64,000 nt of DNA. Source: Bilabrum cf. latius (lineage: Eukaryota). The DNA lies in the NCBI GenBank assembly GCA_965178125.1, contig OZ237763.1:1-64000 (forward strand), in the 5' to 3' direction. Within the stretch, counting starts at the first letter, position 1. Every line of letters starts with the position of its first letter. The position numbers and the translations under genes were made by a program. The notes under the pieces are model-generated. The model saw only the letters and a list, made by a program, of their open reading frames with translations. It made no database searches and was not told where the DNA came from. Below are positions 26,101 to 38,300 of this stretch, piece after piece.

Positions 26101-29100
26101 GCGCGAGGCTGAGGACGTACTGGGAGCCTCTCTCAGGGGGGTCAGGGAGCCTGCGGGGGCGAAGGCACACCGTGCTGCTAGGGACAGTGCGGCTGCCGGT
26201 GCGACCTCTGGCAAGGGAAAAACATCTGGGACCAGTGGTGCGCGCGGGGTCAGGGGCAAAGACAAAGACAAGAGCGGCAAGCGGTCCAGCCGCAGGCAAG
26301 CCGCAGCTGGCTAGAACCCTGCCGACGATCCCAAATACATGCCACGCAAGGGCAAGCACGCCCCGCTTGAGGGACTCAAGGCCTTCATGTACGTGCCCAA
26401 CGCGCGTTGGAAGAGGCCCAAGGCCGGGGAACAAGAGTCCCCTGACGCGCCCAGGTACTGGGTGGGCCGCGTGACAGAGATCACGAGGCATCGCAAGTGC
26501 GTGCTGCACTGGTACAGGGAGACGAGCCCCGGTTCCGGCCTTTACAAGTCCACCAACCACCACTTTGCCGAGAAGATTGGCGCCCTACGGCAGTTCCGGA
26601 CCGCGGTGCGAGACAAGGCGGCCAAGGGCTGGCGGCTGTACCCGATCGTGCAGGTGGATGGGGACGACAAAGACAGAGAGAAGGAGGAGGAGGACAGGGC
26701 GAAGAGGGAGGCTGCGGGTATGCCCGTGGATGGCGAGGAGGACGAGGAGGATGAAGAGGAGCTCGCTATGGAGCGGAGGAAGAAGGAGGCTGGTAAGGGG
26801 CCCGAGGTGGAGGAGGAGGACCCCTCGCTGTTCGTGGGGCAGTTCATCTTTCTGAGAAACGCGAGGTTCGACTCGGCTAACGAGACCACTCGCAAGCCGA
26901 GGTACTGGGTTGGGCGGGTGGTTAATCAGGCCCCGCCCGCAAGCCCAATGGGCATCCCTGGCATGCCAGCCATGCCGGGAATGCCTCCCATGCCCGGAAT
27001 GCCGCCGATGCCCGGAATGCCTGGCATGATGGGCATGCCCCGACCGGGTGCAGGCGGTGCCCAGCAGCTGGCAGCCTCTGTCTCTCACAAGGTGGTGGAC
27101 GCCCGCGGCCGAGTCAAGCTGTAGTGGTTTATGGAGACCGCCATCGGGAGCGGAATATTCGTCGCCACAGACAAGACCTTCCTGGAGGCCAAGGACCTTG
27201 TAGTGCCGGTCCCGGGGGGTCTCGTGCATGACCGCAGCATCAACGCGTGGAGGAGGAAGGCCGGGCCGCGGGGGGCACCCCCCGAGCCCATCGTGTACCC
27301 CGGGGACGAGGCCCTGATCGCAGCCATCGTGCGCGAGAGGGATGCAGGGCCGGGCAAGGTGACCGGGGAGGGGCCCAGCTTGGGCGACGGGGCTGGAGGA
27401 GCTGCTGGATCTAGTGACCGGGCATCTCCCGATCCACCTGTGGAGATCAACGAGGAGAGGTCGGTCGCGCTGGAACCGGGGTATTTCTGCTTCTTGCCAA
27501 ACAAGAACTACAGGCAAGGCGCAAAAGAGACTCCGGACACGCCTCGGCACTGGGTGGCTCGCCTCACGCGCGTGCTGCCCAAGGACCAGGAAGGAGACGT
27601 GTGCGGCCGCTTCGAGTGGTGGCGGGAAGACAGTGCGGGAAGTAGGCTGTACCGCCGCACCGAGAGGGTTTTCAAGCAGAAGGTGGCCCAGATGTCCGTG
27701 ATCATGCCCGAGCACATGAGACCAGCGCCCGAGGCAGGCAGCGGGGCCCGCCTCATGTCTGGCCCCTTCAACACAGGGGCTCGGTTCGCCATGCCAGACG
27801 AGCACAGGACAGGCGGACCGCCCTCTTTGCCCATGGGTACTAGCAGCAGCACGGTGGCGGGAGATGGGGGCAGTGGTGCGGTCAGAGGGCAGGCGAAGGG
27901 TTCGGGGCCTGCTGCAGGGACATCCTCCCCGGCCCTGTCCAGCGTGCCCCCGACCCCCGAGGCCTTGGCTCAGCAGCACGGACAGACGAAGAAAGAGCCA
28001 ACAGGCAAACCCCCGCTGGCCAATGTAGCTTCTTCAGGTTTAGTGGAGGACAAGGAGGAAGAGGCGGCGGCATTCAAGGCCAACGGGAAGTCAAAGACCA
28101 AAGCAAAGGGCAAGACCAAGGGCAAAGCGAAAGGCAAGGGCAAGACCAAAGGCAAGACTAAGGCCAGCTCCAACAGCTCCTCTCAAGCTGCCTCCAAGGC
28201 CACGTCAGTAGCACATTCCGTGGCGGCAAGTGCCCGCAGTAAGGGGACGTCATCCTCCAGGAGAGCCAGCGATGCAAGCCTTCGAGCAGCAGACACAGCC
28301 CCAGGCACACCTGCGTCTGCTAGACCAACCCCAGGCCATCGACCGCAGCCGAGACCCCGTCCTAGGCCCGGTGGAGCCCGTCCCCGACCAGGAGCAGGAG
28401 CAGGAGCATCGACGCCACCAGCCCCTGCAGCATCGGATGCCCCAGCGCCCGGCCCTCGTCCGCAGCCGAGACCCCGTCCTAGGCCCGGTGGAGCCCGTCC
28501 CCGACCAGGAGCAGGAGCAGGAGCAGGAGCATCGACGCCACCAGCCCCTGCAGCATCGGATGCCCCAGCACCCGGCCCTCGTCCGCAGCCGAGACCCCGT
28601 CCTAGGCCCGGTGGAGCCCGTCCCCGACCAGGAGCAGGAGCAGGAGCAGGAGCATCGACGCCACCAGCCCCTGCAGCATCGGATGCCCCAGCGCCCGGCC
28701 CTCGTCTGCAACCGAGGCCCCGTCCTAGGCCCGGTGGAGCCCGTCCCCGACCAGGAGCAGGAGCAGGAGCAGGAGCATCGACGCCACCAGCCCCTGCAGC
28801 ATCGGATGCCCCAGCGCCCGGCCCTCGTCCGCAGCCGAGACCCCGTCCTAGGCCCGGTGGAGCCCGTCCCCGACCAGGAGCAGGAGCAGGAGCAGGAGCA
28901 TCGACGCCACCAGCCCCTGCAGCATCGGATGCCCCAGCACCCGGCCCTCGTCCGTAGCCGAGGCCCCGTCCTAGGCCCGGTGGAGCCCGTCCCCGACCAG
29001 GAGCAGGAGCAGGAGCAGGAGCATCGACGCCACCAGCCCCTGCAGCATCGGATGCCCCAGCGCCCGGCCCTCGTCCGTAGCCGAGGCCCCGTCCTAGGCC

Positions 29101-30490
29101 CGGTGGAGCCCGTCCCCGACCAGGAGCAGGAGCAGGAGCAGGAGCATCGACGCCACCAGCCCCTGCAGCATCGGATGCCCCAGCGCCCGGCCCTCGTCCG
29201 TAGCCGAGGCCCCGTCCTTGGCCCGGTGGAGCCCGTCCCCGACCAGGAGCAGGAGCAGGAGCAGGAGCATCGACGCCACCAGCCCCTGCAGCATCGGATG
29301 CCCCAGCACCCGGCCCTCGTCTGCAACCGAGGCCCCGTCCTAGGCCCGGTGGAGCCCGTCCCCGACCAGGAGCAGGAGCAGGAGCAGGAGCATCGACGCC
29401 ACCAGCCCCTGCAGCATCGGATGCCCCAGCGCCCGGCCCTCGTCCGCAGCCGAGGCCCCGTCCTAGGCCCGGTGGAGCCCGTCCCCGACCAGGAGCAGGA
29501 GCAGGAGCATCGACGCCACCAGCCCCTGCAGCATCGGATGCCCCAGCACCCGGCCCTCGTCCGTAGCCGAGACCCCGTCCTAGGCCCGGTGGAGCCCGTC
29601 CCCGACCAGGAGCAGGAGCAGGAGCAGGAGCATCGACGCCACCAGCCCCTGCAGCATCGGATGCCCCAGCGCCCGGCCCTCGTCCGTAGCCGAGGCCCCG
29701 TCCTTGGCCCGGTGGAGCCCGTCCCCGACCAGGAGCAGGAGCAGGAGCAGGAGCATCGACGCCACCAGCCCCTGCAGCATCGGATGCCCCAGCACCCGGC
29801 CCTCGTCTGCAACCGAGGCCCCGTCCTAGGCCCGGTGGAGCCCGTCCCCGACCAGGAGCAGGAGCAGGAGCATCGACGCCACCAGCCCCTGCAGCATCGG
29901 ATGCCCCAGCACCCGGCCCTCGTCTGCAACCGAGGCCCCGTCCTAGGCCCGGTGGAGCCCGTCCCCGACCAGGAGCAGGAGCAGGAGCAGGAGCATCGAC
30001 GCCACCAGCCCCTGCAGCATCGGATGCCCCAGCGCCCGGCCCTCGTCCGCAGCCGAGGCCCCGTCCTAGGCCCGGTGGAGCCCGTCCCCGACCAGGAGCA
30101 GGGTCGAGCACTCCGCCCCCAGCGCCAGGCATGGGGGCAGCTGGGTCGAGCACTCCGCCCCCAGCGCCAGGCATGGGGGCAGCTGGGTCGAGCACTCCGC
30201 CCCCAGCGCCAGGCATGGGGGCAGCTGGGTCGAGCACTCCGCCCCCAGCGCCAGGCATGGGGGCAGGGTCTCTACAGGTGGGCCAGCCGAGGCCACGGCC
30301 CAGGCCGAGACCACGGGCGCGGCCGGGCAACTTCGGGCCCACACAGCCCCGGACTCAGGATGCCGCGCCAGCGCCACCCCCACCACCGCCAGGAGCTGGT
30401 GCCCCGACAGCATCGGTGGGCGGTGCCAGGCCCAGACCCAGGCCCCGGCCTCGACCGGGGCCGAGGCCGCGCCGCAATGCGGTGCACTGA
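17126..30490 (+). CDS. Giant (~4420 aa) Pro/Gly/Ala-rich repeat protein with three BAH/Tudor-like modules (about 20 in-frame TAG)
   Basis: ATG at 17126, intron 17136-17228. ORF pieces at 17198, 18077, 19418, 21224, 22262, 24812, 26339, 27131 and 30131 are all in one frame, and every stop read between them is TAG. First TGA at 30488-30490. Confidence 0.8.
18358..18960 (+). repeat. 162-bp coding tandem repeat, about 3.7 copies
   Basis: Units begin at 18358, 18520, 18682 and 18844 (DSGAPRPQGTGTKTPPSPHPIPP...). Confidence 0.9.
18957..19218 (+). repeat. 18-bp coding tandem repeat (PGARPG)n
   Basis: Unit cctggccctggcgctcgt; the same unit recurs at about 23625-24030 and 24171-24630. Confidence 0.92.
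19357..20826 (+). repeat. 27-bp coding tandem repeat (DEEPAASK/N-V/A), about 54 copies
   Basis: Unit gatgaggagcccgctgcgtcgaaggtg with minor variants; encodes an acidic 9-aa repeat. Confidence 0.97.
23625..24630 (+). repeat. Two 18-bp (PGARPG)n arrays separated by one copy of the 162-bp unit
   Basis: Same 18-bp unit as 18957-19218; 24030-24170 resembles the 162-bp repeat. Confidence 0.92.
28340..30100 (+). repeat. 117/123-bp coding tandem repeat, 15 copies (PRPQPRPRPRPGGARPRPGAGAGA...STPPAPAASDAPAPG)
   Basis: Near-identical units; the Gln position is CAG, CAA or TAG depending on the copy. Confidence 0.95.
30100..30268 (+). repeat. 45-bp coding tandem repeat, about 4 copies (GSSTPPPAPGMGAA)
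   Basis: Unit gggtcgagcactccgcccccagcgccaggcatgggggcagct repeated. Confidence 0.85.
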
Positions 30491-30630
30491 CCCTGGATTG
30501 GATTCGTATTGGTTTGCAGCGAATGCACATGCATACATTGTTGTCTAAGGAGCCTTCTACACCTCACACACACCTTCACAGTGCTATTTTGCCAAGCTTA
30601 AGCTAGACCCGACCATTACACCCACTGCAA

Positions 30631-33600
30631 TCACATGATGCCCCCAAGGATGTCGCCCCAATTAGGCGACGCCCCCGCACCGGTGCCCTTCGGGCCTGAA
30701 CCAGGGCTACTAGTCATCGTGCGGCCCTTAGCACCTGTAAGTGTGCTACTGGCTGCATACGTATTAGTAGCAATTTGCTTCGGACCTCGCTATGCTCGTG
30801 GTGCGCTGCTTCTGCTACCAGCATCCGGCGCGGAAGTGCTGGCAAGCGCCTCAGTGGACTCATGTCCCTTCCCTGCCTCGCCCAGTTTGCCCTCCTTCTC
30901 TTGTACCTTCCGCGCTTCTCGCTTGGCACGATCAGCATCCATGGCCATGGCCATGGCCCGCGTGGCCGGCACTTCCCTCGCGTACATTGCTCTGGCCTCA
31001 GGACAGCTCTGCAGCGCTGCCTCGGACCAGCCCAGCAGACGGACGCCCTCCCCGCTCACTGCCCTGCTGAGCGCCGTGTACCCCATGCCCGGCCCGAATG
31101 CACGCGACAAGTCCACCTGCACCTTAGGCAGCGTCATGCCCTGGGCCTTGTGCACGGATAGCGCCCAGCCGAGCAGCAGCGGAACCTGCCTCCTCACGGC
31201 TGTGTTCCCCAGCGCGTCCTTGACCTCGAATGCCTCTGCACGCAGCTTGACCCGGATGGTCCCCGGGGGCCCGTCCTTGGCCCTGGTGGCTCCATAGCCT
31301 TCGATGGAGGACAGGGAGGGGGAGGTGGAGAGGACAATGGGCGATGCAGACGACAGCGAGGATGAGGATGAGGATGAGGATGAGGATGAGGATGAGGATG
31401 AGGAGGATCTCTGCAGGGAGGCGGGCCCCTCCAGCGCGCTGCCGCTGCCCACCGGCCAGAAATCGACCTCCACCGCGGTTGGGTTGCCCCCTTTAGTGGC
31501 ATCTACGAAGCGAGCCACCACCCCCGGCGTGCCATTCACCACCCCCCTAGCCCCCATCTCGCGGACCAGGTTCTTGCACAAGATCACGCGGGCTCCAGGC
31601 TTCAGACTCACAGTGGCTGGTGCCACGCACCCACTCACCAGCTGTGACAGAAGCCTCGCCCCCGCCCCTCCTGCCTACATGGCCACTATCTCCCTCGCCG
31701 CCTGTGCCCTGGCCCTGGCCCCCTGGTCACCCCCCTCCTTGGCCTCCGCCTGCAGCTGCTCCCACTCAGCCACCCCGTCCACACGCACCCTGCGCCCCGC
31801 CCCTGGCCCGGCCCTGATCTCCACGTCATGGGAGGCCACGAAGGACACTGCCGTCCCCTCCAGCGCCCTGAGCCTGCCCTCATTCTCCCGCGCCACGTCG
31901 ATCTTGCGGGGCATCAGGCGCACCGCCTCCTGGAAGTCCCTCGATGCCCGCCCCGCAGCTGCCCTCACGAACCGCCGCACCTCCTCAGAGGCTCGGCCCT
32001 CCCTCACGTCCCCCAGCACTCGCAGGAAACCGCCATCCTTCTGGCGGTACACCGCGTCCAGCACCACGGTGCATGGCACTGCAGTGCTCCAGAGCGGACT
32101 CCCGAAACAGTACTTGGACACTTCACCCAGCGAGCCCCCTTGGGCAGCTGACTCCCGCCAGGCTCCATCCCGCACAGGAGGAAGCTGGTGGAAGTCGCCC
32201 ACCAGCACCAGCTGCACGCCGGAGAGCCCGCCCCGCCGGCCATCAAGCACACTGTGCGCCCCCGCTGCAGCCCCGCTGTTCCCTGCAAGTCTCGCGGACA
32301 AGGCGCCATGGGTCTCTTTGAGCCTAGCTATCTGACGAGCTGCAACCCCGGAGGACGGCTGGAGGGGGGCGGAGAGCGAAGATGATGACGGCGAGGGCGA
32401 TGGTATGCCAGCACCGGCAGATCCATGGTGCTGCCCCGCCCCCGCCCCCGCCCCCGCCCTCGCCTCTCTCCTGGTGGCCTCTCCGCCCCTGCACGCCTGC
32501 GCCGCCGCCACCACAGCCGCGAATAGATCCGGCCCCAGCATGGAGGCCTCATCCACCACCAGCACGTCCGCGTTCTGCCAGGCCTCCCGCGCCAGAGCCG
32601 ATTTCCTAGCCCTCCCCGCTAGCTCCTGGGGGGAGCCATTCGCCGCGCCAATCCCTGCGAAGCTGTGCAGCGTCTGCCCGCCCACGAGACAGGCAGCCGA
32701 TGCAGTGGTGGCCGTCACCGCCACAGTCAGCCCCAGGTCCTCCCGCAGCTCCCGCACCGCCAGCCGCAGCACGTGGCTCTTCCCCGTGCCCGCCGCCCCA
32801 CACACCAGCACGCTCTTCCGCCTCACGCAGATGAGGTCCAGGGCGAGCCGCTGCTCGGGCGAGAGCCCCTCTCTCCTCTTGTCCCTGCGCCGGGCCAGCT
32901 CGGCCCCCCTCGCCCTCCTCCTCGCCGCCGCCATGGCCGCCCTCTCGCTGGCAGGGGACATGGGCACCGCCTCCCGCGGGATGGCCCCCTGTCTGACGGC
33001 CAGCAGCGCGCCCGCGTGGGTGGGCACAAGGACGAGGGCCGGGGCATGGGGACGGCGGGCTGCAGCGGTTCCTGGCTTGCTCCCTGCACTTGCGACCGCC
33101 CTCGAAGCTGCGCCAGCCGCAGAGCGTGACCCGGAGCTGCCCGCCTTGGTCTTGCTTGGGCCGCGGCCAGAGGCACCGGCAGACCACTAGGCGCTAGGGG
33201 ACATACGGTGCCGTTTGGCGGAAGGAGGAAGTGACCGAACCCATCCATTGCTTGCACTGCTTACCTGTGGCCCATTTGATGCCGCTTTAGACCCTGGCTT
33301 GCGGAGCAACAGAGCGGCGGCGGAACGCTTCGCGCCTATCCGTCCCGGCTGGCTCCCAGCCATCTAAGAGCCAGATGAACGAGGGGCTCCTGGTGTTGAT
33401 GCATTGCTACAACGCGCTTCCACCGCAGCGTTTCGACACCACTGCGACCAATCGGGATCTCGTTTCTTGTTTGAAACGAGCCCGTTACGCTGCATCTTGG
33501 ACACTGTATCCAGTATCACATACCCCGGGATAGGAGCTAGTGATCCATGATATTTACTTTTGACGGCTTTGGGAACCTGGATCGGGACAAGATAGTCCGT

Positions 33601-33705
33601 TTTCCCACGCAAGAATGACTGCAAAGCTTGAATGCACGGCGGGGATTTTGCGAAGTGCAGCGCCGATACAGTTCCAATGATGACATCTCGCACCTCATTT
33701 GACAT
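30631..33705 (-). CDS. PIF1: PIF1-family 5'-3' DNA helicase, about 1024 aa (4 in-frame TAG)
   Basis: LSPEQ, GAAGTGKS, TLHSFAGIG, VVDEASM, VGDFHQLPPV, YRQKD, LKPGARVILCKNL, VNGTPG, RQVPLLLGWALSVHKAQGMTL, YTALSRA. Fragments join through TAGs at 33364, 33187, 31675 and 30790; TGA at 30631. Confidence 0.92.
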
Positions 33706-33947
33706 TTAGTCGATATTGGAATCACAGATTGAGACACTCTATCCAAACCTTGCGCCAAAGAGTCCTAATTTTTTGAACCAGGCATCTGCTCCAATCTGTG
33801 ACGAGTGCATTTCTCAATTTTGTAACGTGCGTAAACTGCCAAACCAGTTCCAGGGGTTGTTGTTCTACATTACATCGAGCTAGCACACGAGCGCGGATCT
33901 GAATCTGTGCTTGAACACTACCTAGCTACATCTTTTATCCAACTAAC

Positions 33948-35119
33948 ATGTCTGGTTGGGGTCGTGAGTTTCCTGTGACACGCATTCCGATACCGCGCTG
34001 CACCGAGACCAACTGCAGTTGCAGTGCTTCCGTTCAGCAGTGCAACTCGACACACTCTTGGCCGAACAGCGGGTCATCCAGAGTTATTTTATTACCTATA
34101 ATTGTTTCTTTGTAATCGCAGGTGGCGGCGGCGGTGGACGCGGTGGACGAGGTGGATTCGGGGGCCGGGGCCGGGGCGGAGGCCGAGGCGGCGGTCGTGG
34201 CGGATTTGGCGGGCGCGGTGGATTCGGTGGGCGCGGCGGTGGCCGTGGTGGATTTGGTGGTCGTGGTGGCGGTCGCGGCGGAGGCCGTGGTCGAGGAGGA
34301 GGCCGCGGGCGCGGAGGAGGAGGTCGCGGTGGACGGGGCGGCGGTCGCGGCGGCTCTCGAGTCTCCGTGCAGCCCCATAGGCATCCCGGAATCTTCTTGG
34401 CGCGCGGTGGAAAGGACGACATGCTTGTTACATTGAACATGACCCCTGGCAAGACAGTGTACGGCGAGAAGACCGTGAAGGTGGACGGCCCCTCGAGCGG
34501 AGCCGGCGCCTCGTCCGGCGGCGACGGCGCCAGCGCGGACGCGGGCAAGGTCGAGTACCGCGTGTGGAACCCCTTCCGCAGCAAGCTGGCAGCCGCAGTG
34601 ATGGGCGGCGTGGGCAGCATCTGGATGTCCCCCGGGCAGAAGGTGCTGTACCTTGGCGCTGCCTCTGGCACCACGGTGAGCCACGTGAGCGATCTGCTGG
34701 GCCCTGAGGGCACCGTGTACGCGGTTGAGTTCGCGCACAGGCCCGGGCGTGACCTTGTGAACATGGCCAAGAGCAGACCGAACATCGTGCCCATCGTGGA
34801 GGACGCCAGGCACCCCCTCAAGTACCGCATGCTGGTGGGCATGGTGGACTGTGTCTTCGCCGACGTGGCACAGCCGGACCAGGGCCGCATCGTGGCCCTC
34901 AACGCCTCGTACTTCCTAAAGGCGGGCGGGCACTACGTGATCAGCATCAAGGCCAACTGCGTGGACTCCACGCTTGCCCCCGAGGTGGTGTTCACCAAGG
35001 AGCGCAACTTCCTCAAGGACCAGGGCCTCATGCCCAAGGAGCAGCTCACCCTCGAGCCGTACGAGAGGGACCACGCAGTTGTCGTCGGGGAGTACCGCCC
35101 AGAGAAGAAGAAGGGATGA
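33948..35119 (+). CDS. FBL: Fibrillarin (rRNA 2'-O-methyltransferase, Nop1)
   Basis: MSGWG|R across intron 33964-34121; RGG/GAR domain; [46 protein letters not shown] at 35119. Confidence 0.98.
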
Positions 35120-35337
35120 ATGAATGCAATGCATTTAGTAATAAGAACTTGGATCCACGAAATCTGCCATGTGCTCTCGCATCCTCCAGCGCTGCTCAGC
35201 GATGCCTACATGGGTTGCCCGAGTGCGCTGGGCCAACGGAACACGCGATCAAGTGCTGTCGTAAAATCAATCATTAGTCAAGCGTCACATTCGAACGCAC
35301 CCACAGTCAATACCGTACATGCGCACAATGTATCAGA

Positions 35338-38300
35338 TCAGATCCCGAGCCGAAGGCCCGCACCGCTGGCAGCCTCCATCAGCTGCTCCCGAGTCACCTC
35401 CACATCGATGCCCTCCTACAACTCGCCAGTGCCGGTGCCCCTGGGCCCTGCCCCCTTCCGGCCCGTGCTCTTAGGCCCGTGCCCCGCCAGACGACGAGAC
35501 CGCCGCACCGGGGTGGCCCTTAGAGGAGCCCCCGGCCGGTCTTGCCTCAGCCGAAGCACCGACACGCTGCCCTGCTCGTTGCTAGGCCCACTCACCAGAC
35601 GGGACGGAGTGCCGGCGCCGGCTGTGCGTTCAACCACCGCCTACCCACATGGCTGGACGGGAGATGCCATCCCACCATCTTCGGCAGCGGCAGCAGCCTC
35701 CGCCTCCTGTGCCCCCTCCTCCTTTTCGAGTCCCACGTCATCCTCAAAGCCCTCATGCCCGACACCCCCCATGTCATCCTCAAAGCCCTCGTGCCCGACA
35801 CACCCCATGTCGGCCTCATCGTCAGGACTCACATGCTCACCACCGTGCGCTGCGCCCGCACCTCCTCTCACCTCTTCACCTGCACTTGCTCCGGCGCCAG
35901 CTGCCGCCGGTCTCCCGGTGCCCGCCACGTGCGTCACCTGCACCGCCGCAATACCCACGGACAGCACCACCACCCCCATCACGAAGCCGGCGCGGGAACC
36001 AGACCCAGACCCAGACCCAGTACCAGCCTCTTGTCCATGGTGCTGTCCCTCACCCAGAGCATCGGCAACAGCGCGTTGGTCCACGACGGCACCAGCGTTG
36101 CCAGACCCAGGCGCTGATGCACTGACCCTCTCCACTGCGGGACCGGTGGTGGCGCTTGTGCTTGGGCTCGTCACGGAGGGCATGGGCACGGGCATGGCCT
36201 GGGCCTCATCCCACCACGTCATTGGCTACTGCATCGTACTCTCGCGCACGGAGGACGAGCCAGCCTGCGATGTCTCCTGAATGGCCTCTCCTCCATTCGA
36301 AGTCTCCACACCCAGGTCCGCTCCGACCACTGCCTCTGCCTCTGCTCCCACTCCGGAATCAGCAGCAGACAGGAGTGCTTGCTCTAGCGACACACCGCCC
36401 ACGCCCCGCCCCTGCTCCGGGGCCCACACCTGGTACCCGTCCATGACCCCCTCGACCTGCCACCCAGTACCCGAGGGAACAGCCAACCGGCGACGCACCA
36501 CCACCGCTGGCTCGTGCCTCGGCTGCGACAGGCGGTCCAGGAGGAGGGAGCGGGCCTCTTGCATGCCTGCCAGCTCCACCCGCCGCACCTGCGCGCCAGG
36601 AGAGAGGGCCGGCGCAGTGGTGACCCGCGAGACGGGGGCCCACAGCCACCCTTGCCCATGACCCTGTCTCTGTCCCTGCTAGTGCCGAGATCGGCTAGCG
36701 TACGATGCCACGGCGGGATGCTGCACTCCTGCGTACGCAGCTAGCAGCAGGGCCAGCACAGCCACAAGGACTAGGACAACCCCTGCCACATGGTCTCTCT
36801 CTCGCGCACTCTAGTCTACGACCATGGGAGACTCAGCAGCCCTTGCACAGGTAGATTCCTCTGATACGGGGTGTGGCAGTAATACCGAAGCATCGGTGCA
36901 GGCGCTAGTGCCACTGTCCGCCTGGTATCCGCTCTGGGCCTGGGGAACAGCAATCGCTGCGGCGTCCATGCCATCCTCTGCGGCGTCCTCCTCCCCGTCG
37001 GTTTCCGACTCCGAATCCAGGTCATCCACGAACCGACGCGACGCGGCCAGATCTTCAACTGCTTTTGTAGCCGTCACTGGAACGTCCACTGGTTGGTCTG
37101 CGTCGGCGCCAGCGCTGTTAGAGCCGGTCTGAGCCGTGCACTCCTTGGCCGCGCTGGCAACGCTGTCGGAGCCGCTGCCGCTGCCGCTGCTACCTCCGTC
37201 CAACACCTTGAGCTGGTGCTCTACGCGGGACCAGAACGACAGTCGGCCAGCCCCTTGCTCATGCTCGAGACCATTCCCGGTTCCCTTTTCATCCTCCCGC
37301 CCGGGCCCGTCCCCCAGCGAGGGCCTCGATGGAGGGGGTCCCACAGCCTCCAGGTCGGCCTCCATCTGCAGCGACCAGGGAGACGTGCTCCGGCGGCGGT
37401 CCTGATTCTGGTCGGAATGATCGGTGGTATCTGCCATGCTTGGCTGGGTGCTGCACTCGTCACACGCGTGCCAATCCCCGTCCACAACATCCGCATCGCT
37501 GTGCACCCCGCTCAGGATGGACCCGTCCTCCAGACTGCCACCCTCCACCCCTTCAACACCCTGCTGCTGCTGTTGTTGCTGCTGCTGGTGGGCATGAGTC
37601 TCTTCGTGATGGTTTTCCTCCTCGTCCTGGCCTCGGACGTGTCCTCTACCTGCCTCTGGAGCAGCCTCGGCCCGAGCCGCTGCTGACCTGGCCCGCACCT
37701 GGATCCTGGCAGCATCTCTTGGGCTCATCAGGGTCTCGCCCACTTTGACCACGTCTCGATCCCGCACCATTGGTGAAGGGCTGGACGCACAGACGGGTGG
37801 ACGAGGGATTGCAGTGCGATGCACCTGATCGTTGGCCGAGGCCCGGCGCGGCACAGGCAGCAGCGATCTGCGCGCCCCCTCACCCTTACCCTTGTTCCCC
37901 CGTGGCACCTCGACAGGTCGCACCCTCACCACCGGGCGGGCCCTCTATCCTGCACCGAGCCCTGTCCCCAAAGCTGCGTTCCTCCCCTGCCCCTTTACCT
38001 TCCGCCCCGCCAGAGGAGACATGAACCCCCCGAGTGCCCTCTGCTCCCGCCCAGCCCGCCCGCTCCCATCCGGGTGTCCACCAGAGGGGCTGTCCCACCA
38101 GCCCTCCTTTGCCTGCCGCTGCTCAAATTCGGCGCGAGCCGCAGTGATCTCGTCCTCGCCGGAAATGGCATCATCCGTCTCGACCTCCTCAACGGCACCT
38201 GCAACAGGGACCGATGCAGCTGCGGGCTCCGCAGCATCGCGAATCACCCCCCTCCCCCGGCCCCTGCTTCCACCCCTTGCTCTGCCTGTGACCACAGCCC

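Noticed and set aside
30631-33705. PIF1 as part of a Helitron or viral element
   Set aside because: No HUH/Rep domain, terminal hairpin or flanking element structure is evident, and it sits between ordinary genes in a head-to-head pair with fibrillarin.
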